Source: Candidatus Nomurabacteria bacterium (GTDB lineage: Bacteria; Patescibacteriota; Minisyncoccia; Phycocordibacterales; UBA9973). From it: DNA of 51,604 nucleotides. The stretch spans positions 1 through 51,604 of the forward strand of contig JAHFNH010000005.1 in NCBI GenBank assembly GCA_023267435.1. Reading direction: 5' to 3'. Positions 42,787-50,918 of this stretch are shown in pieces. The position numbers and the translations under genes are program-made. The notes under the pieces are model-generated. The model saw only the letters and a program-made list of their open reading frames with translations, made no database searches and was not told the origin of the DNA. Every line of letters begins with the position of its first letter. Position 1 is the first letter of the stretch.

Positions 42787-43558
42787 AAAAAATAAAAGAA
42801 AGAAATTTTTTGTTACTGCAGTTTTTGTAGTTTTTTTTCTAATTTGTTTTTATTTTAGATCAAATATTTTTAATGGTTTGTCTTACACTGTTAGTTTTAT
42901 TTTTAGGCCGGTGATTGTTTTAGGAAATAATATTGGTGAGAAACTTTCCAGTACCGGTGATTATTTTAAAAATAAAAAAATGCTTGTTATAAAAAATGAA
43001 GAGCTTCAAGCTCAACTCGACGAGATGTTTGCTCGAGTTTCAAATTATGGAATTGTTTTAGATGAGAATAATAAATTAAAAGAAATGATGGGTAGAAAGA
43101 TAGAAAAAATTAATTCAGTTTTAGCTGCAATATTGTCTAAACCAAATCAATCTCCTTACGACACGCTTGTTATCGATACAGGTATAAACCAAGGAGTAAA
43201 AGTAGGAGATACAGTTTTTGCTTTAGGAAATGTTCCCGTTGGACGCATTACTGAAGCTGATACGAATTCATCAAAAGTTATTTTATTCTCGAATCCAGGA
43301 GAAAAAATAGAAGTAGTAATCAAAGGAAAGGATACTTTTATGCAAATTGTTGGACGCGGTGGTGGAAATTTTGAAATGACTTTGCCTAGAGATTTTACTT
43401 TAGATATAGGTACCGAAGTTCATTTGCCGGGTATTACTCCTTATATACTTGGTTATGTTTCGACGATAGTTTCTGATCCTCGTGATGCTTTTCAAAAAGC
43501 TCTACTTGTCAGTCCTGTAAATATTCAAGAGCTTAAGTTTGTGGAGGTACAAATATAA
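42767..43558 (+). CDS. mreC: rod-shape-determining protein MreC
   Basis: Overlaps the mreB end by 20 nt. N-terminal TM helix and coiled coil NEELQAQLDEM. Beta-rich domain with GINQGVKVGDTVF. Confidence 0.85.
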   Translation: MSYLLDRKNKRKKFFVTAVFVVFFLICFYFRSNIFNGLSYTVSFIFRPVIVLGNNIGEKLSSTGDYFKNKKMLVIKNEELQAQLDEMFARVSNYGIVLDENNKLKEMMGRKIEKINSVLAAILSKPNQSPYDTLVIDTGINQGVKVGDTVFALGNVPVGRITEADTNSSKVILFSNPGEKIEVVIKGKDTFMQIVGRGGGNFEMTLPRDFTLDIGTEVHLPGITPYILGYVSTIVSDPRDAFQKALLVSPVNIQELKFVEVQI

Positions 43559-43559
43559 A

Positions 43560-43676
43560 AATTAAATTACAAAAGTAATTTTTAAAATACACGACATAAT
43601 TTTCTGCTGAAAATTTGCTATGCTCGGCCCGCCGGCCTGCGCAATGTATTTTAAAAACAACTTTTGTTACTTAATT
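43560..43676 (+). other. 117-nt nested inverted repeat (31-nt AU-rich arms, two inner hairpins including a GC-rich one)
   Basis: Arm 43560-43590 is complementary to 43646-43676 at 27/31 positions. Inner hairpins are aattttc/gaaaatt (43598-43615) and a GC-rich stem at 43622-43642. Confidence 0.6.
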
Positions 43677-43686
43677 AAAATTAATT

Positions 43687-44901
43687 ATGGAATTCAAAAT
43701 AGAAAAAAAATTAAAGAATAGTTTGGGACGCGTTGGAGTTTTGACCACTCCACACGGAGTTATTTTAACTCCTTCTTTTGTAGCGGTTGGTACCAAGGCG
43801 ACAGTGAAATCTTTGAGTCCTGATCATGTCAGAGAAGCCGGCACTCAAGTCGTGCTCGGAAATACTTATCACTTATTTTTACAACCCGGAGATGAGATAG
43901 TTGCCAAGGCCGGAGGTATTGGGAAGTTTATGAATTGGCAGGGTCCGACGATGACTGACTCGGGGGGTTTTCAAGTTTTTTCTCTTGGTGCTGCTTACGG
44001 AAAAAATATTTCTAAAGTTATTCAAATCACTGATCCATCGCTGATGATTCCTGAAAGATTTGATGATTCAGATGCTCCGCGCCTAGCAAAGATTGGCCAA
44101 GACGGCGTGTCTTTCAAGTCGCACTTGGATGGATCAATTCATTACATTACTCCGGAGAAATCAATTCAAATCCAGCACAATCTCGGCGCGGATATGATTT
44201 TTGCTTTTGATGAATGCACTAGTCCTGCGGAAGATTTAAAATATCAAGAAGAAGCTTTAGCTCGCACGCATGCTTGGGCAAAGAGATGTTTGGAAGAGCA
44301 TATTAAATTAAATACTGAAAATAAAATTAGTTTGTTTGGAATCGTGCAAGGAGGCAGGGAAGAAGAGCTTCGTAAAAGATCTGCGAAAGTTATTTCTGAA
44401 ATGCAGGTAGATGGAAAAAGTTTTGATGGTTTCGGTATCGGTGGATCTTTTGCAAAAGAAGATATGAGTACTGCAGTGAAATGGGTGAATGAAATTTTAC
44501 CGGAAGAAAAACCTCGTCACTTGCTCGGCATCGGAGAGCCGGAAGATTTATTTATGGGCATAGAAAATGGTGTGGATCTTTTTGATTGTGTCTTGCCGAC
44601 ACGCCTAGGAAGAAATGGAACAATATATACAAAGAAAGGAAAGATAATTATTACTAATGCGAAATTTAGAGATGACTTTACTCCCGTCGAAGATGATTGC
44701 GAATGTTATACCTGTAAAAATTATCAGCGCGCTTATATTGCTCATTTATTCCACGGCAAAGAAATGCTCGCAGGAACTCTAGCCTCAATACACAACTTAC
44801 ACTTCATAGTAAACTTAGTTAAAAAAATCCGTCAGAGTATCGTAGACGATACATTCTATCAATTTAAGGAAGAATTCTTGAAAAACTATCAATCCCGTTA
44901 G
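43687..44901 (+). CDS. tgt: queuine tRNA-ribosyltransferase
   Basis: DSGGFQVFSL, FAFDECT, LLGIGEPEDL and the Zn site CECYTCKNY..AHLF. Confidence 0.95.
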   Translation: MEFKIEKKLKNSLGRVGVLTTPHGVILTPSFVAVGTKATVKSLSPDHVREAGTQVVLGNTYHLFLQPGDEIVAKAGGIGKFMNWQGPTMTDSGGFQVFSLGAAYGKNISKVIQITDPSLMIPERFDDSDAPRLAKIGQDGVSFKSHLDGSIHYITPEKSIQIQHNLGADMIFAFDECTSPAEDLKYQEEALARTHAWAKRCLEEHIKLNTENKISLFGIVQGGREEELRKRSAKVISEMQVDGKSFDGFGIGGSFAKEDMSTAVKWVNEILPEEKPRHLLGIGEPEDLFMGIENGVDLFDCVLPTRLGRNGTIYTKKGKIIITNAKFRDDFTPVEDDCECYTCKNYQRAYIAHLFHGKEMLAGTLASIHNLHFIVNLVKKIRQSIVDDTFYQFKEEFLKNYQSR

Positions 44902-44936
44902 AAGTAGGACATTTATGTCCGCGACTTCTAATCGGG
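44894..44936 (+). other. composite hairpin overlapping the tgt stop codon
   Basis: cccgttagaagt (44894-44905) pairs with acttctaa-t-cggg (44924-44936) and encloses ggaca/tgtcc (44907-44920). No T-run follows. Confidence 0.45.
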
Positions 44937-44967
44937 AAGAGATGAGTTTTTAAAAAATTACGAAAAA

Positions 44968-44998
44968 TAAAAAGCTTCAGAATTTCTGAAGCTTTTTA
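44968..44998. terminator. bidirectional intrinsic terminator
   Basis: agcttcag/ctgaagct stem flanked by an A-run and a T-run. Confidence 0.8.
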
Positions 44999-45015
44999 AG
45001 TTTTATTTTATTAAA

Positions 45016-45201
45016 TTAAAGTTTTTGAAAATTTAGAAGAACAAGGGCAGAATTTGCATTTTCTTTTTGCAAATACTGTTGAAGTTTAAGAATATCTTCT
45101 TTTGTTTTAACTTCATTAAATTCAATAAAGTCATTTTTACAAAAGCTTAATGCTGAATTTATCCAGTTTGGACAAAAAAAGGAAACAAAGTATTTTTTCA
45201 T
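45016..45201 (-). CDS. hypothetical small protein (61 aa)
   Basis: ORF with its own consensus promoter (45265-45293) and a terminator. Confidence 0.5.
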   Translation of the reverse strand: MKKYFVSFFCPNWINSALSFCKNDFIEFNEVKTKEDILKLQQYLQKENANSALVLLNFQKL

Positions 45202-45264
45202 ATTATGTAATTTTTCTCAGTTCATTGCTGAACCTACGGGTTTGTACAATTTTTTACTCCATTT

Positions 45265-45293
45265 ATTATATACCTTTTTATTTGATTTGTCAA
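45265..45293 (-). promoter_or_regulatory. minus-strand consensus promoter TTGACA-N17-TATAAT
   Basis: Reverse complement of 45288-45293 is TTGACA and of 45265-45270 is TATAAT. Confidence 0.65.
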
Positions 45294-45313
45294 GAGATAT
45301 AAAACCCTTATTT

Positions 45314-45322
45314 TGTTATACT
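45314..45322 (+). promoter_or_regulatory. extended -10 (TGTTATACT) of uvrB
   Basis: Located at 45314-45322. ATG 45334 is 11 nt downstream, giving a very short leader. Confidence 0.5.
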
Positions 45323-45333
45323 TTTATCTGTAA

Positions 45334-47424
45334 ATGCCAAACAATAAATTCAAACTTCATACTGAATACCAGCCTGCAGGGGATCAGCCAAAGGCTATTA
45401 AAGGTCTTTTAGAAGGTTTGAAAAAAGGTATGCACAAGCAGACCCTTTTGGGTGTGACTGGTTCTGGTAAGACTTTTACTGTGGCGAATGTTATTGCCGA
45501 GATGAATAAACCGACATTAGTTATTGCCCATAACAAAACTCTCGCAGCTCAGCTCGCTCAAGAATATAAAACTTTTTTCCCAGAGAATGCGGTGCATTAT
45601 TTCGTTTCTTATTATGATTATTATCAGCCAGAAGCATACATGCCGACGACAGATACTTATATTGAAAAAGATGCGCAGATAAATAAAGAAATAGATCGTT
45701 TGCGTCACGCTTCGACTCAAGCTCTTTTAACTCGCAAAGATGTGATTATTGTCGCTTCGGTTTCTTGTATTTATGGTTTGGGAAGTCCGGAAGAATACAA
45801 GGAAGAGAATTTAGAGATAGCCATCGGAGATAAAATAACTCGCACAGATTTAATGTCTCGATTGATTGCAATGCATTTCGAAAGGACGAATGCAGATCTG
45901 ACTCCGGGTACTTTTCGCGCGTTGGCAAATAAAATAGAAATCATGCCAGTGTCGGAAAATTTTTTGTATAGTATTGATTTAGAAAAAGAAAAAGTTGAAA
46001 GAATTATTCGCATTGATCCAGTTTCTTCACATATTCTTTCCGAAGAAAATAGTATTTTTATTTTCCCAGCAAAACATTTCATAACCAATAAAACAAAATT
46101 AGCGAAAGCGATAAAAGATATTCAAGCAGAGTTAAAACTGCAATTAAAAAAGTTTGATAAAGAAGGAAAACTGCTAGAAGCAGAGAGAATAAAACGCAGA
46201 ACAAATTATGATATCGCAATGCTTCGTGAAGTAGGATATTGTTCCGGAATAGAAAACTACTCTCGTCTTTTGTCGGGCAAGAAAGCTGGTGAAGCACCTG
46301 AGACTTTGCTCTCTTATTTCGGTAAAGATTTTCTTACTATCATCGACGAATCACATGTCACACTGCCACAGCTTGGTGGTATGTATGCGGGTGATGCTTC
46401 TCGTAAAAATACTTTGATTGAACACGGTTTCAGACTACCAAGTGCGAAAGATAATAGACCTCTTAAATATGATGAATTTGAAAAAAGAATCGGACAGGTT
46501 ATCTATACCACCGCGACTCCGTCTGATGTGGAAAGAAAAGAAAGTGATCAGATTGTAGAGCAAATTATTCGCCCGACAGGGCTTATAGACCCTGAGATTG
46601 AAGTTAGACCTGTTACGAGTTCCTTTCCCCCTTTGCCAAGGGGGAAAATGAAAGGGGGTGATGAATCTATGCACCTCACCCCAGCCCTCTCCTTAGCGAA
46701 GGAGAGGGGGAAGCAGTACCCCGGCCAGGTTCAAGATTTCATCGCAGAAGCAGAGAAAGAAATTAGAAAGGGTGGCCGAGTGATAGCGACAACTTTGACT
46801 AAAAAAATGGCGGAAGATTTGTCTGCGTATTTGAAAGACAAAAAAATAAAATCAGAGTATGTGCACAGTGATATAAAGACGATTGAACGCATAAAAATTT
46901 TGACAGAATTTCGTCGAGGAACTTTTGATATTTTAGTCGGAGTGAACTTACTCCGTGAAGGTTTAGATTTACCAGAGGTGACACTCATTGGTATTTTAGA
47001 TGCGGACAAAGAAGGATTTTTGCGTTCAGAAGTTTCTTTGATTCAGACCATCGGACGTGCTGCCAGAAATGTCGCCGGACGCGTTATTCTTTACGCAGAT
47101 AGAATCACAGGTTCAATGGAACGTGCAATGAAAGAAACAAACCGCAGAAGGGAAATACAAGTTGCCTATAACAAAAAACATAACATTACACCAAAAACAA
47201 TTATCAAAAAGATAAATGATATTACTGAAGCTCTTGATAGTCTGCATGATAAAGCAGTGTCTTCTGAGTTGGCACTTGATACGAAACTTTTTGCGAAAAA
47301 TCCTTCGAAACTTGTAAAATTAAAAGAACGCCAAATGTCTGAAGCTGTGAAGGCTCTTGATTTTGAAACTGCCGCGATTCTACGCGATGAATTGAAAATT
47401 TTAAAAGAAAGATTAGTAAAATAA
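45334..47424 (+). CDS. uvrB: excinuclease ABC subunit B
   Basis: GVTGSGKTF Walker A, DESH, TLTKKMAEDL, LLREGLDLPEV, QTIGRAARN and a C-terminal UVR motif. Confidence 0.97.
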   Translation: MPNNKFKLHTEYQPAGDQPKAIKGLLEGLKKGMHKQTLLGVTGSGKTFTVANVIAEMNKPTLVIAHNKTLAAQLAQEYKTFFPENAVHYFVSYYDYYQPEAYMPTTDTYIEKDAQINKEIDRLRHASTQALLTRKDVIIVASVSCIYGLGSPEEYKEENLEIAIGDKITRTDLMSRLIAMHFERTNADLTPGTFRALANKIEIMPVSENFLYSIDLEKEKVERIIRIDPVSSHILSEENSIFIFPAKHFITNKTKLAKAIKDIQAELKLQLKKFDKEGKLLEAERIKRRTNYDIAMLREVGYCSGIENYSRLLSGKKAGEAPETLLSYFGKDFLTIIDESHVTLPQLGGMYAGDASRKNTLIEHGFRLPSAKDNRPLKYDEFEKRIGQVIYTTATPSDVERKESDQIVEQIIRPTGLIDPEIEVRPVTSSFPPLPRGKMKGGDESMHLTPALSLAKERGKQYPGQVQDFIAEAEKEIRKGGRVIATTLTKKMAEDLSAYLKDKKIKSEYVHSDIKTIERIKILTEFRRGTFDILVGVNLLREGLDLPEVTLIGILDADKEGFLRSEVSLIQTIGRAARNVAGRVILYADRITGSMERAMKETNRRREIQVAYNKKHNITPKTIIKKINDITEALDSLHDKAVSSELALDTKLFAKNPSKLVKLKERQMSEAVKALDFETAAILRDELKILKERLVK
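46618..46725 (+). repeat. in-frame GC-rich triple-hairpin insertion within uvrB (palindromic-element-like)
   Basis: Three hairpins: tttccccctt/aagggggaaa (46624-46647), ggggtga/tcacccc (46655-46682) and ccctctcctt/aaggagaggg (46685-46708). About 57% GC by hand count against AT-rich flanks. Encodes SSFPPLPRGKMKGGDESMHLTPALSLAKERGKQYPG where E. coli UvrB has only VRPVATQVDDL. Confidence 0.7.
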
Positions 47425-47486
47425 AAAGCTTGATTTTTATTTTTGCTGTATTGTATAATTTAATAAACTTTTAAAATCATACAGCC

Positions 47487-47879
47487 ATGAAAAAAATGTT
47501 CTTTTTATTTAGTATTTCTCTTGGCTTGTTTATACAGGCTAAAGGGCAACAGAAATGTCTTTGTGATTCATCGATATATCACATTGAGCAAAATTGGAAG
47601 CCGACACCTTCAAAAGATTCTCTTGTGAATAAAGTTGTTTTGGCTTCAAAAAATAACGAAGAATTTTTGTGCGTTTTATATAAAGATGGAACGATGTTCT
47701 CTAAAGAAATTCCTTTTAAAGGTAAATGGAGAATACATCAGATGACAAATTGTTCTATTACTCTTGAATCTAAAAGAACAAAAATTTTAGTTTTCAATTT
47801 AGTAACCAAACAGTTTTCTGATCCTCAAGTTTATAAAACAAATTCTTCTCTTTACGATCCTCATAATTCTGAGGATTAA
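47487..47879 (+). CDS. secreted hypothetical protein (130 aa)
   Basis: Signal peptide MKKMFFLFSISLGLFIQAKG. No motif recognised. Confidence 0.65.
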   Translation: MKKMFFLFSISLGLFIQAKGQQKCLCDSSIYHIEQNWKPTPSKDSLVNKVVLASKNNEEFLCVLYKDGTMFSKEIPFKGKWRIHQMTNCSITLESKRTKILVFNLVTKQFSDPQVYKTNSSLYDPHNSED

Positions 47880-47883
47880 AAAT

Positions 47884-47916
47884 AAAAAAACGCTGAGAAT
47901 TTATTCAGCGTTTTTA
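47884..47916. terminator. bidirectional intrinsic terminator
   Basis: acgctga/tcagcgt stem flanked by an A-run and a T-run, between convergent ORFs. Confidence 0.75.
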
Positions 47917-47931
47917 TTTTTCAAACTAATT

Positions 47932-48081
47932 TTATCGAACCAGCCGTCTTGCGTAAGCATCTTTACCTTCACCAGGCTTTTTGTTTAAAACTGTTTTGTA
48001 AGTGTTACCATTATTGAATCTTTTGTGTTTGTTGTTGCGCTCACTAAGAGCGCCATGAGTTCGGTTTTTTCTTGTTGACAT
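47932..48081 (-). CDS. unannotated small basic protein (49 aa) with a strong Shine-Dalgarno site
   Basis: Hand-translated as MSTRKNRTHGALSERNNKHKRFNNGNTYKTVLNKKPGEGKDAYARRLVR. AAGGAGGT (reverse complement of 48086-48093) lies 4 nt upstream of the ATG, and a terminator lies downstream. It is below the ORF-track length cut-off. Confidence 0.6.
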   Translation of the reverse strand: MSTRKNRTHGALSERNNKHKRFNNGNTYKTVLNKKPGEGKDAYARRLVR

Positions 48082-48177
48082 TGTTACCTCCTTTATTTAA
48101 TTTCTTCTAAAGAATTTATTTATTCTAAAATAGCATATCAAAGTCAATGTAGTCAAGTATTATAAACAGTTTTTAAT

Positions 48178-48186
48178 TGTTATAAT
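48178..48186 (+). promoter_or_regulatory. extended -10 (TGTTATAAT)
   Basis: Located at 48178-48186. ATG 48201 is 14 nt downstream. Confidence 0.5.
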
Positions 48187-48200
48187 TTTGGCAACAAAAT

Positions 48201-48683
48201 ATGAATAAAATTAATTTAAAACCAAACTATTTTTTAGTTAAATGCATAATTATTTTTCTTATAATTATTGCAGGTTTTATTTTAATTAAAAATTATATTC
48301 CTAAAAAAAATGTTGAAGTAGTTACTAATCATTATCTAAAAATCGCAGGGCAGAAAATCAAAGTCGATTTGGCTCTAACCGCTAAAGAACAAGAACAAGG
48401 ACTTTCGGGGCGAGCCGGTTTGAATGAAAATGAAGGGATGCTTTTTGTTTTTCAAAATTCTTTGCCGAATTTTTTCTGGATGAAGGATATGAATTTCCCG
48501 ATAGATATGATCTGGATTAGTAAAGACATGAAGGTTGTATATATTAAAAAGAACGCGACGCCGGAATCTTACCCAAATGCTTTCGGTCCCAATGTAAACA
48601 CAAAATATGTTTTAGAAGTTGTTTCTGGATTTTCGGATAAGAATAATTTGAAAGAAGGGGACAGTGTAGAACTTTTACCTTAA
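48201..48683 (+). CDS. DUF192 (COG1430-like) protein with N-terminal anchor
   Basis: GLSGRAGLNENEGMLFVF...FWMKDMNFPIDMIWI matches the DUF192 pattern. Confidence 0.8.
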   Translation: MNKINLKPNYFLVKCIIIFLIIIAGFILIKNYIPKKNVEVVTNHYLKIAGQKIKVDLALTAKEQEQGLSGRAGLNENEGMLFVFQNSLPNFFWMKDMNFPIDMIWISKDMKVVYIKKNATPESYPNAFGPNVNTKYVLEVVSGFSDKNNLKEGDSVELLP

Positions 48684-48696
48684 TAAAAATAAAAAC

Positions 48697-48736
48697 AAAA
48701 CAGCCCCGTCGCTCGAGAGCGACGGGGCTGTTTTTA
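48697..48736. terminator. strong bidirectional intrinsic terminator
   Basis: 14-bp GC-rich stem cagccccgtcgctc/gagcgacggggctg flanked by an A-run and a T-run. Confidence 0.9.
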
Positions 48737-48747
48737 ATTAATAATTA

Positions 48748-50739
48748 TTACATAGGCAAGTTATCTACATGATCAGCACTTCCTTTTTGAATAGCTTTTG
48801 TCATATAGTAATCTGCATAGATTTTTCTTCCGACAACTCCAAGTCCTAATAGAACTAGAAGTAATGCGAGCCATCCGAGAAGAGTAGAAGGAAGGAAACT
48901 TGCTCCAAAGAGGGAGTTTGCTTCAAGTCCAGTGCCTGCAGTTACATGATTTGTAACATAAGCGATTTCATCTTTCTCGACGGTTGATCCAGCCAAGTTG
49001 TAAGTCATGACAGCTGTTGTGATGATTACATTCTTACCAGAAGCATTTGAGTTAAGCGCGCCTTTGATAGTCATAGAACCAACTTGATTTGGAACCAATA
49101 TTCCAGCATCTAATGTTACAAGATTGTTTGAATCTACTTTTCCGAAGTTTGAATCTTTGAAGTCTATTTCTTTTGGAAGCTGGACTGAGATTACTGCATT
49201 CTCGATATTCGCTGAATTAGTATTTGTGAATGTAACCAAGTATTCGATATCACCACCTACTGAGATATTGTCTGCAGTGGTTGTGATTTTTAGAACAGAA
49301 CTTTGATCAGTTGTGACAGCTGATGGTGTATTGTTACTTGCAGTATTGTCTGGAACTGTACTTGCTCCTTTTGTTTGGAAGACTAGAACATTTCCTTTCA
49401 AAGTAGAACCTTGATTCACAGCTATTGCTCGGAAGTAATAGATAGTGCCAGGAGCAAGATTACTGATTGTGTCTGAGAAACTTACAGAAGATGAACTGCC
49501 TAGAGCTTTAATGGATGTTAGAGATCCCAAAGATGCAGTACTGCCGTATTCGAAATATCCTTGAGAAGAATTTCCATTTTGATTAATAAAGACTCCGTTC
49601 AATCTTGCTGAAGTACTTGTCTGATTAGTTGCTTGTACTGTAGTTATTGCACTATTCAATGTGCCAGTAGTGAAGCTTGAAATATTTCCTTTTACTGTGC
49701 CATAAGAATTATTTGCAACAGCACGGAAATAATAAGTTGTGTTTGGATTAAGGCCGGTTGTACTTTGCACTAAGGATGAAGATCCGTTTGCTGCACCTTC
49801 GGCGGTATGAGTTGTCTCATTGAAACTTGCTAAAGTGCTTCCAGTTCCGTATTCAAACCATGCAGTAGTAGTGTATCCGTTTGGATTGACTGAACCATTG
49901 AAGACTGCGGAATTGCTTCCGACGTTTGTCGCGCTCTGAGTTGTGACAGAAACAGGATAATTTAATCCAGTTCCGAAAGCACCTGGTGTAGGGTTACTGT
50001 TAGTAACAGTAAATACTGCTCCACTTGAGCTACAACCATTGTTTGCAATTGTGATAGTTTCAGTGCCTGCACTTGCCAAATCAGAGGGTGTTAAAATCAT
50101 AGTGATTTGATTTTGGTAGATACTTCCAAAAATAGATCTAGTGTATCCATTAAAACGTGGTACAGAAGTATTGTCAAAATTGTTTCCACTGATGACGACA
50201 TAAATTGTTCCAGATCCAACGACAGCAGAAGAAGGTGAAAGGGAAGAAATAGTTGGATTCAATCCGCAACCACCACTACCGCCTCCACCACCACTTGGGT
50301 TAGGATTTGGGTTTGGATTAGGGTTGTTAGAAGTAGAAACAGAAGATATTGTACCGTATGTAGAATTCACTGTTCCACCATTCACATTAGATGCGATGGC
50401 TCGGAAATAATAAGTAACTCCAGCTGTGATAGTTGGTGTACTTACAGTACAAGTAAATGATCCAGAACCTGGTGCTGCAGGTTGAAGATTCTGACAGACA
50501 ATCATTCCATTACCAGCTTGATTGTTTGGTAGATCATTTTGGTTGGCGGAATATTCAAACATAGTAGTAGTCTGACTTCCGTTAGCCATAAAGTTTCCAT
50601 TAAATGTAATGGATGAAACTGTCGAGCTTTGTCCTGTTGTTGAAACAGTAGGGGCTGAAGCTGATGCAAAACTAGCTCCAACGCCGAAAAACGCGACTAA
50701 AACGAAAACGAATATTAATTTTTTTGTAATGTTTTTCAT
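48748..50739 (-). CDS. cell-surface protein: Fn3-like repeats, NP/G linker, IPT/TIG-like domain, DUF11-like domain, C-terminal TM anchor
   Basis: Signal peptide. Four repeats, each carrying a (T/I)YYFRA(I/V)A motif. PTISSLSPSSAVVGSGTIYVVISGNNF is IPT-like. GGDIEYLVTFTNTNSANIENAVISVQLP is DUF11-like. C-terminus is FLPSTLLGWLALLLVLLGLGVVGRK. Confidence 0.85.
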   Translation of the reverse strand: MKNITKKLIFVFVLVAFFGVGASFASASAPTVSTTGQSSTVSSITFNGNFMANGSQTTTMFEYSANQNDLPNNQAGNGMIVCQNLQPAAPGSGSFTCTVSTPTITAGVTYYFRAIASNVNGGTVNSTYGTISSVSTSNNPNPNPNPNPSGGGGGSGGCGLNPTISSLSPSSAVVGSGTIYVVISGNNFDNTSVPRFNGYTRSIFGSIYQNQITMILTPSDLASAGTETITIANNGCSSSGAVFTVTNSNPTPGAFGTGLNYPVSVTTQSATNVGSNSAVFNGSVNPNGYTTTAWFEYGTGSTLASFNETTHTAEGAANGSSSLVQSTTGLNPNTTYYFRAVANNSYGTVKGNISSFTTGTLNSAITTVQATNQTSTSARLNGVFINQNGNSSQGYFEYGSTASLGSLTSIKALGSSSSVSFSDTISNLAPGTIYYFRAIAVNQGSTLKGNVLVFQTKGASTVPDNTASNNTPSAVTTDQSSVLKITTTADNISVGGDIEYLVTFTNTNSANIENAVISVQLPKEIDFKDSNFGKVDSNNLVTLDAGILVPNQVGSMTIKGALNSNASGKNVIITTAVMTYNLAGSTVEKDEIAYVTNHVTAGTGLEANSLFGASFLPSTLLGWLALLLVLLGLGVVGRKIYADYYMTKAIQKGSADHVDNLPM

Positions 50740-50918
50740 ATATTTGATTTAACAAAATCACGCTTGGCGCAATTTCGATTATTTATAATTTTTTGACCAA
50801 TTTTTATTACATTCGTATTGTATCATAGCCTAATTTAAAAGTCAAGTGTTGACGGCTACTATTTTAATGTCCTTATATAAGGGTATTATGGCGTATAAAG
50901 GCTCTATTTATAGGATGC

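Noticed and set aside
43620-43721. 33-codon ORF (MLGPPACAMYFKNN...) starting in the GC core of the mreC-tgt element.
   Set aside because: It has no RBS or promoter geometry, runs out of frame into tgt, and its composition is dictated by the hairpins.
46651-46665. GUGAUGA plus nearby GAAA inside the uvrB insertion, considered as a hammerhead ribozyme core.
   Set aside because: The first core base is G rather than C. The required order (CUGAUGA, stem II hairpin, GAAA) is not present.
50849-50880. Second TTGACG box upstream of the 16S gene, considered as a tandem rRNA promoter.
   Set aside because: No acceptable -10 hexamer lies at 16-18 nt spacing. The best TATATA box is 19 nt away.
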